In this document: positions 7,260 through 12,384 of the stretch, piece after piece
Layout of the letters: the number at the start of each line of letters is the position of its first letter
Position numbering within the stretch: position 1 is the first letter of the stretch
DNA from: Candidatus Hydrogenedentota bacterium
GTDB taxonomy: Bacteria; Hydrogenedentota; Hydrogenedentia; Hydrogenedentales; SLHB01
Assembly (NCBI GenBank): GCA_034408725.1
Contig: JAWXCN010000154.1
Coordinates: 1-12,384 of the forward strand
Length of the DNA: 12,384 nucleotides
Reading direction: 5' to 3'
The notes under the pieces: generated by a model
What the model was told of the DNA's origin: nothing
What the model saw: the letters and a program-made list of their open reading frames with translations, nothing else
Database searches by the model: none
Program-made: the position numbers and the translations under genes

Positions 7260-7851
7260 GCCCGTGAAGCTCCTCGGCGAGCGCGTCGACGCGCGCGTAC
7301 AACGCATCCTTGCTCCCCGTATTCTCAATGACCCAATCCGCCAGGGCAAGTTTGCATTCCGGTGGCGTCTGCGCGGAAATCCGTTTGCGCGCCTCCGCTT
7401 CGCTGAGCCCGCGATGCTCGACCAGCCTGCGCACGCGTTCGTCCTCCGGACACAGCACAAGGATCAATCCGCTGAGGTACGCATCTTTCACGCCCTTGTC
7501 CGCGATCAACGCGGCATCGATCATCACCATCGCATTCCCCTCTTCCGCCAGCGCGGCGCACTTGAGGGCAATCGTCATGCCGATGGCGGGATGCACGATT
7601 GCGTTGAGCCTGCGCAACGCCTCCGGGTCCGTGAACACACGCGCGCCAAGTTTGGCGCGGTCAATCTTTCCATCCGTGAGGATTCCACTGCCAAACGCAT
7701 CCAACACGTCTTTCTCCGCCGCGCCACCTGGCGCAATAACTTCGTGGCCGACCGCGTCCGCGTCGATGACGGGTACCCCGTGTTTTGCAAACTGGCGCGC
7801 CACCTCCGATTTTCCGCTACCCGTCCCTCCTGTTATTCCATAAATTCGCAT
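7249..7851 (-). CDS. coaE: Dephospho-CoA kinase
   Basis: GITGGTGSGKS P-loop, VIDADAVGH, IDRAKLGARVF, LNAIVHP, RISAQ, ADWVIEN. Confidence 0.96.
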   Translation of the reverse strand: MRIYGITGGTGSGKSEVARQFAKHGVPVIDADAVGHEVIAPGGAAEKDVLDAFGSGILTDGKIDRAKLGARVFTDPEALRRLNAIVHPAIGMTIALKCAALAEEGNAMVMIDAALIADKGVKDAYLSGLILVLCPEDERVRRLVEHRGLSEAEARKRISAQTPPECKLALADWVIENTGSKDALYARVDALAEELHGHGE

Positions 7852-7879
7852 GGGGGTTATTGCGCCAACACCATCTTTT

Positions 7880-8021
7880 TCGTGCTCGCGCTCGTGCTCG
7901 TAATCGTGCTCGTGCTCGTAATTCGATCTTGATAAATTCTCGATGCGTTGTCGAACTTCAGGAGGGGATCGAAAAATCGATTACGATTACGAGCACGAGC
8001 ACGAGCACGAGCACGAGCGCG
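7880..8021. repeat. Inverted arrays of hexamer repeats (TCGTGC/TCGTAA)n ... (TTACGA/GCACGA)n
   Basis: Seven TCG(TGC/CGC/TAA) units at 7880-7921, seven complementary units at about 7981-8022, and a unique ~55-bp middle. Confidence 0.85.
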
Positions 8022-8044
8022 ACGGAATGCAGCGTCTATCCCCA

Positions 8045-10681
8045 TCACCGTCCACCCGGGCGGGGCAACCGGACCGTTGCTCCCCGCGTTTGCGCGATCG
8101 CGATCTTCAGAAGATTCCCCGCCAGAATCGGCTTCTTGGGTATGATCTCGACAAGTCGCTCGCTGCCGTCATAACCAAATATATGGTCCACCTGCTCGAT
8201 GCCATCCGCGCTTTCGCACACGATACTGATATCTTCGACCTCGTTCGGCACGCGAAGAACAATCGTCTTCAGATAAACGGGGCTGTCGAACGTGAGATGT
8301 ACGTACTGCCGGTACCCGCGTTCGTCATCTTCACGAAATTTTACCCATCCAAAACTGATCGGCGTGAACAACGGCGCGCTGAGCATGAACACCCCAATTG
8401 GCAAATGCGGCCGCAACCACAACGCGCCATCGGGCGCATTAAACTGAAACCCCTGTAACGCATACAATACGTGCCACGCGGACAACGACCCCATGTGCCG
8501 GTCTTGCGCCCACCCGCACGCGTTATTGGCTTCGAGGTCCCACATCATCGGCTGGTTAAACACGCGGCCCCGGCGCGCATGAATATTTTTGCAGTTTTTC
8601 TGCACCGAAAACAGTCCGCGATCCGGGTAGCCATGCGTGATCATCAGGCTCGCGTAATACGCGGTGTCGAACGCAGGCCACGCCTGATCCGCGCCCGGCG
8701 GAAACCCGAGCGCAGGCGGGTTCTCGCATGGCGAGCCGTCCGGCATGACACCGTGCGCGACTCCGTTGCGCTGATCGTTGAGTTTGCAGATTGCGCCCAG
8801 CGCCTTCTTCACTTTCTCCTGCGGGAACAACTGTCCCAAACACAAGAAATCCGCGTACCACTGTCCCGCCAGTTGCGCGGCATCGCACGCCTCATTGCGT
8901 TCCATCGGCGCGCCGAACATCCCCTCGGCGGAATAAAGACGGTAGTATCCGCCTTCTTCATTCCATAATTTGCGATCAAAACTTTCCAGCGCGCGGGGCA
9001 ACAGCTCTTCGTACTTGAGCGCCTCTTCCTTGTCGCCCAACCGCCGCGCCAGACGTCCATACGCCCTCAACGCCGCGATCCACAGGCTGCTAGTGTAGCT
9101 GTTCACGCCATACACCGCCCAGGTATCGCGTGTCATCGAGCAACCCGACTGCTCGGGCAGGCCGTCGCCGTCCTGATCATGTTGCAGTACATAAGCCATC
9201 GCGTCGCGCAGTCGCGGCATGAGATGATCAAGAATAAACCGCTTGCCCGTCATCATGTAATTGCGGTACGCCGTCAACACGAAAACAATGCTCGTATCAA
9301 GCATCGGGTCGGGCGTGTCCCCGTGCGAGGGCTGGTGCATGCACTCCATGCCGAGATACCGGAAAATGCGCCCCGCATTTTCTTCGTCCCTTGGCCGGGC
9401 AATGCACGTCAACTCGCCTTCTTCAAAGTTTGGAAAGAACAACAGCGACCCAATCGAGCTGTACAGATGCCGGTCAAGCGTCGAAGTGCGCGGAGCCGCC
9501 GGCGACTCGAACATCGCGAAATCGTTGCCCTTGGTGTACAGCGTATTGGTCGACAACACGTAGTTGTTGTTGATCAACATCTTGCTGAACCATTGCGGCA
9601 ACGTCGACGTCATTATCCGCCGTTGCCAGTCTTCGACCGCCTTAAAATAATACCGGTGATAGGTGAGGCCCTGCGTGGCCACCTCGATCGCGTTGCGAAA
9701 CGGGTTGGCGTATCCATTTCCATGATCGAGGTCGTTGATAATATAGCGCGGGCAATACCACGCCAGCGCATACACGACGCTGCGGGATTGTTGCGGCCCC
9801 AAATCAAACGACGCGCACAACGCCCCGGAATGACTTGATTCGTTACGCGAAAGGTTGTTGCCCAACCGCCCGCTGTCATGAAACTGGTTCCAGAACACTT
9901 CGAGCTCGCGCGGGTCGCGTTCGTTCCACCCCAACATCGTCACTTGCACTTCCCGCTGCTGGCCGATCAACAAAGCATAGTTGCCTTCCGCGTTCGTGCG
10001 GAACCCGTCGCGAAAACCGAATTCGAGGCCGGCAATCAGCCGTTGATTCGGATCGACCGGTTCGGGTTCGTTCTTTTTGTCCTGATCACGGCTGACCAAC
10101 ACCGGCCGGATCGGGCCGCGCCGTTCGGGAAACAGGCCGCGCGCGCACCCGCACAGGTTCTCCCAATTCACGACGACCGAAACATCGTAAGAAACGTCCG
10201 AGGGATTGTTCACAAAGAACGACATCAGGATTAGCGGGAGCGTGCTCGCTTCATGGTCATAGGGAATGATCGGCGTCAGTGCGCTCCACGTGAGTTCAAG
10301 TGGAAACTGCGGGTCCTCGAGTTTGTAATGCGAACACGGATACACCCCGCGCCACGCCAACCGTTGCGACGCGGTATACGGCGCGACAATTCCCGCATCG
10401 GTGAACGGCAGCGCGCTATCGGTTTGAAGCAGCCGCAACGCGACTTTCCCGCGCCGCGCCGCGCGCACGCCAACCAACGATCCCGCGGAGACGTCAATGC
10501 GCGTTTCGGCCGTGCGATTATTATTAATCGTGATGTTCCGGAACCGCCCATCCCGGCCCAGCTCGCAGCAACCCGCGCCAACGCCGCCCAACGGCACCCC
10601 GGCGGTTTGCTGCTCAGACTCCGCCGCGTCCATCGCGTCGTTAAAATACGTCGGCGAACCCTGTGACACCCTAACCTCCAT
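8045..10681 (-). CDS. GH116 family (GBA2-like) glycoside hydrolase, divergent
   Basis: N-terminal GVPLGGVGAG, PIIPYDHEASTLP, ALAWY; catalytic domain FAMFES, TLDR, DQDGDGLPE..TRDTW..GVNSYTSSLWIAAL, LWNEEGGYY, QLAGQWYA. Start could be 10634. Confidence 0.88.
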   Translation of the reverse strand: MEVRVSQGSPTYFNDAMDAAESEQQTAGVPLGGVGAGCCELGRDGRFRNITINNNRTAETRIDVSAGSLVGVRAARRGKVALRLLQTDSALPFTDAGIVAPYTASQRLAWRGVYPCSHYKLEDPQFPLELTWSALTPIIPYDHEASTLPLILMSFFVNNPSDVSYDVSVVVNWENLCGCARGLFPERRGPIRPVLVSRDQDKKNEPEPVDPNQRLIAGLEFGFRDGFRTNAEGNYALLIGQQREVQVTMLGWNERDPRELEVFWNQFHDSGRLGNNLSRNESSHSGALCASFDLGPQQSRSVVYALAWYCPRYIINDLDHGNGYANPFRNAIEVATQGLTYHRYYFKAVEDWQRRIMTSTLPQWFSKMLINNNYVLSTNTLYTKGNDFAMFESPAAPRTSTLDRHLYSSIGSLLFFPNFEEGELTCIARPRDEENAGRIFRYLGMECMHQPSHGDTPDPMLDTSIVFVLTAYRNYMMTGKRFILDHLMPRLRDAMAYVLQHDQDGDGLPEQSGCSMTRDTWAVYGVNSYTSSLWIAALRAYGRLARRLGDKEEALKYEELLPRALESFDRKLWNEEGGYYRLYSAEGMFGAPMERNEACDAAQLAGQWYADFLCLGQLFPQEKVKKALGAICKLNDQRNGVAHGVMPDGSPCENPPALGFPPGADQAWPAFDTAYYASLMITHGYPDRGLFSVQKNCKNIHARRGRVFNQPMMWDLEANNACGWAQDRHMGSLSAWHVLYALQGFQFNAPDGALWLRPHLPIGVFMLSAPLFTPISFGWVKFREDDERGYRQYVHLTFDSPVYLKTIVLRVPNEVEDISIVCESADGIEQVDHIFGYDGSERLVEIIPKKPILAGNLLKIAIAQTRGATVRLPRPGGR

Positions 10682-10750
10682 TAAAAAAACCGGACCAACT
10701 ACAGCGCGCGCCCAACAGCGCTCAAATCAAATCCGCCCTAACGCGCGCGG

Positions 10751-10890
10751 AGCGCCTTGGACTGCGGTAACGGAGTCCGTTTCGGACGCAGCTACCGCTT
10801 TCGCTTCGGATTGGAAGCGGTCTGGACTGATGTGAGGTGCTGCTGGTCTCTTGAAGTGAAAACGGTAGCTACCGCTACCGCACTCCAAAG
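10751..10890. repeat. Intact REPIN (GGAC-type REP, spacer, inverted GGAG-type REP) just downstream of the RAYT
   Basis: CCTTGGACTGCGGTAAC...GCTACCGCTTT ... AAACGGTAGCTACCGCTACCGCACTCCAAAG; homologous over its full length to the IS-interrupted copy. Confidence 0.9.
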
Positions 10891-10928
10891 CCACGCGTAC
10901 CAATTGCTCAAACCCATCCACCTCCACT

Positions 10929-11496
10929 TCACCAATCCCCCGAAACCTCGTAATCATCTTTTACATTCACCGTATCCGCCTTGAACCGGTAGATACTCCT
11001 AACCTGCGCCGGCGCCGCTACACGTTCAAACCACGCCGCTGAACCAATCATACTGATTCGCGACCGCAACGAGCCCATGCTTCACGGCGTTCTGGTGAAC
11101 GTAGTTCAATCGCGCCAGATACGATTTCTCATACGTCAACTGGGTTTCGCGAAAGTTGTACCAAACTCTTCTGCCTTTCGCGTCGTCGAGCCGGTTGACC
11201 CATAATGCCAGCTTCGAGTGAAGCTCCATCGATATATTCGACAAACTCGCCGCAGTTTCCTCTTCAATAGGAGAATGCGCCACGAAATGATAGTGGTTGG
11301 AAAATACCGCCCAAGCTTCGACGCGCCACCCATATTTTTGTGTGACTTTAATAAGACCGCGTTGGAGAATGGCCAACCGCTCTGCGCCTCGAAAGTGTTG
11401 CTCCTGGTTATAAGTGCTCGCCGTAACAAAAAAAGTCCCTGACTCGGAGAGCTGATGCACTGGCGCGTGTGGCCATGGAAAAGAAGTTTCGCTCAT
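10929..11496 (-). pseudogene. REP-associated tyrosine transposase (RAYT, HUH Y1 / IS200-IS605 superfamily) with a frameshift near 11043
   Basis: FFVTAST, AWAVFSNHYHFV (HUH), VWYNFRET, YVHQNAVKHGLV..Y.W (catalytic Tyr region). The called ORF stops at 11026, but another frame continues SAAWFERVAAPAQVRSIYRFKADTVNVKDDYEVSGDW* to 10929. REPs flank both sides. Confidence 0.85.
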
Positions 11497-11548
11497 GTGC
11501 GCAATGCTGTCACACCTCTGTTCTCGCCGCAACATGCCTTCGCATACT

Positions 11549-11880
11549 CCCAAAGCGGTAGCTACCGCTACCGCACTCCAAGGCGTCGAACTGCGGCGAA
11601 TCAACCTTGGACTGCGGCGTGTAAGCGCCGCTTTCACTTCATCCATACCGATCGCCGCGGATCATGTGGAAACCAAAGCCTATCGCCACCCCAAAGCGGT
11701 AGCTACCGCACTCCAAGGCACCGAACTGCGGCGAATCAACCTTGGACTGCGGCGTGTAAGCGCCGCTTTCACTTCATCCATACCGATCGCCGCGGATCAC
11801 TTTGCAAACCGCGGATCACGTGGAAACCACAAGCCTATCGCCACCCCAAAGCGGTAGCTACCGCTACCGCACTCCAAGGC
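11549..11880. repeat. BIME-like array of alternating inverted REPs (A-B-A-B-A) upstream of the RAYT
   Basis: A = AAAGCGGTAGCTACCGCTACCGCACTCCAAGGC at ~11552, ~11693 (6 bp shorter) and ~11848; B = CCTTGGACTGCGGCGTGTAAGCGCCGCTTT at 11605 and 11740. The linkers are also repeated. Confidence 0.93.
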
Positions 11881-12342
11881 TCACGTCAAATGTTTCGTCA
11901 TAATCAGCGCGTCCTCGTCCGTGGTCGGATAGTATCGGCGCCGGCGTCCCGTGACCAGGAACCCCATGCTTTCATACAAACTACGCGCGCGCACGTTCGA
12001 CTCGCGCACCTCGAGTGTCGCCGCCAACACGCCATTCGTTTTCGCCGTCTCAAGAATGTGCTGCAACAGCCGCCGTCCGTGGCCAAGGCCGCGGTGTATG
12101 TCGCGAATGGTGACGCTCGTGATGTGCGCTTCATCCAGTAACGGCCAATATCCGCCGTAGCCGATCAATTCGCCCCCGATTAGCACCACGACAAACTGTG
12201 ATCGCGGATGCGTGATCTCCTCACGAAACATTCCCTCGGTCCACGGTTCCGGATACGCCTCCTGCTCGATCAACAGAATTCCCGGCAAATGCTCCTCCGC
12301 GATGCGTTCAAAGCGAAGCTCCGTTTTCTCCGATACACTCAT
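11881..12342 (-). CDS. rimI: Ribosomal protein S18-alanine N-acetyltransferase (GNAT)
   Basis: IEQEAYPEPW, EAHITSVTI, RGLGHGRRLL (acetyl-CoA motif A), LEVRESN..A..LYE..GF...GRRRRYY...EDALIM. Confidence 0.93.
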   Translation of the reverse strand: MSVSEKTELRFERIAEEHLPGILLIEQEAYPEPWTEGMFREEITHPRSQFVVVLIGGELIGYGGYWPLLDEAHITSVTIRDIHRGLGHGRRLLQHILETAKTNGVLAATLEVRESNVRARSLYESMGFLVTGRRRRYYPTTDEDALIMTKHLT

Positions 12343-12383
12343 CGCGACACTTTCGCGCGCGCCACTTCCGGCTGCGACATGCG
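12339..12383 (-). CDS. tsaB: 3' end of upstream gene, probably tsaB (t6A biosynthesis)
   Basis: Frame RMSQPEVARAKVSR* ends in an ATGA overlap with rimI. RxSQxE resembles the TsaB C-terminal YLRxSQAE motif, and tsaB-rimI adjacency is common. Confidence 0.55.
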   Translation of the reverse strand, partial: RMSQPEVARAKVSR

Positions 12384-12384
12384 C

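Noticed and set aside
7785-8174. ORFs with RARARA / STSTST / EHEHEH / LVLVIV runs
   Set aside because: Reading-frame artefacts of the hexamer repeats.
10929-11496. IS200/IS605 element with TnpB
   Set aside because: No tnpB or IS-type ends seen; flanking multi-copy REPs and the NxVKxGLV..YxW motif point to a RAYT.
11549-11880. Possible CRISPR array
   Set aside because: The 'spacers' are themselves repeated, the repeats alternate in orientation and no cas genes are present; it is a REP/BIME array.
11455-12141. 228-aa and 120-aa plus-strand ORFs with internal repeats, and the 50-aa N-terminal extension of the RAYT ORF
   Set aside because: These are translations of the REP array; the RAYT more plausibly starts at MSETSF (11496).

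Overview
GC-rich bacterial chromosomal window (taxon not determinable; Hydrogenedentes/PVC-like is only an impression). Housekeeping/metabolic genes: citramalate synthase (5'-partial), an SDR oxidoreductase, signal peptidase I, an MFS transporter, a YvyF-like zinc-ribbon protein, coaE, a divergent GH116 glycosidase, rimI and the 3' end of probable tsaB. The intergenic spaces are colonised by a TTGGA(G/C)T-GCGG..CCGC-TTT REP/REPIN family, and a REP-associated tyrosine transposase (RAYT, frameshifted near its 3' end) lies among these REPs at 10.9-11.5 kb. The highlight is a ~560-bp internally deleted IS110 (IS621-like) element at 2402-2960 inserted exactly into one REP. Its left end encodes an apparently intact bridge RNA. 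The target-loop guides (UGCCGCACU / UUUGGAG) spell the REP sequence TACCGCA-CT-CCAAR, and the donor-loop guides (ACAGUAUC / ACAAG) spell the element's own circle junction ACAGTAT-CT-TGT. An uninterrupted copy of the same REPIN and four empty target sites are in the window. So a probable three-tier system (RAYT -> REP -> REP-programmed bridge recombinase mini-element) can be read from the sequence.
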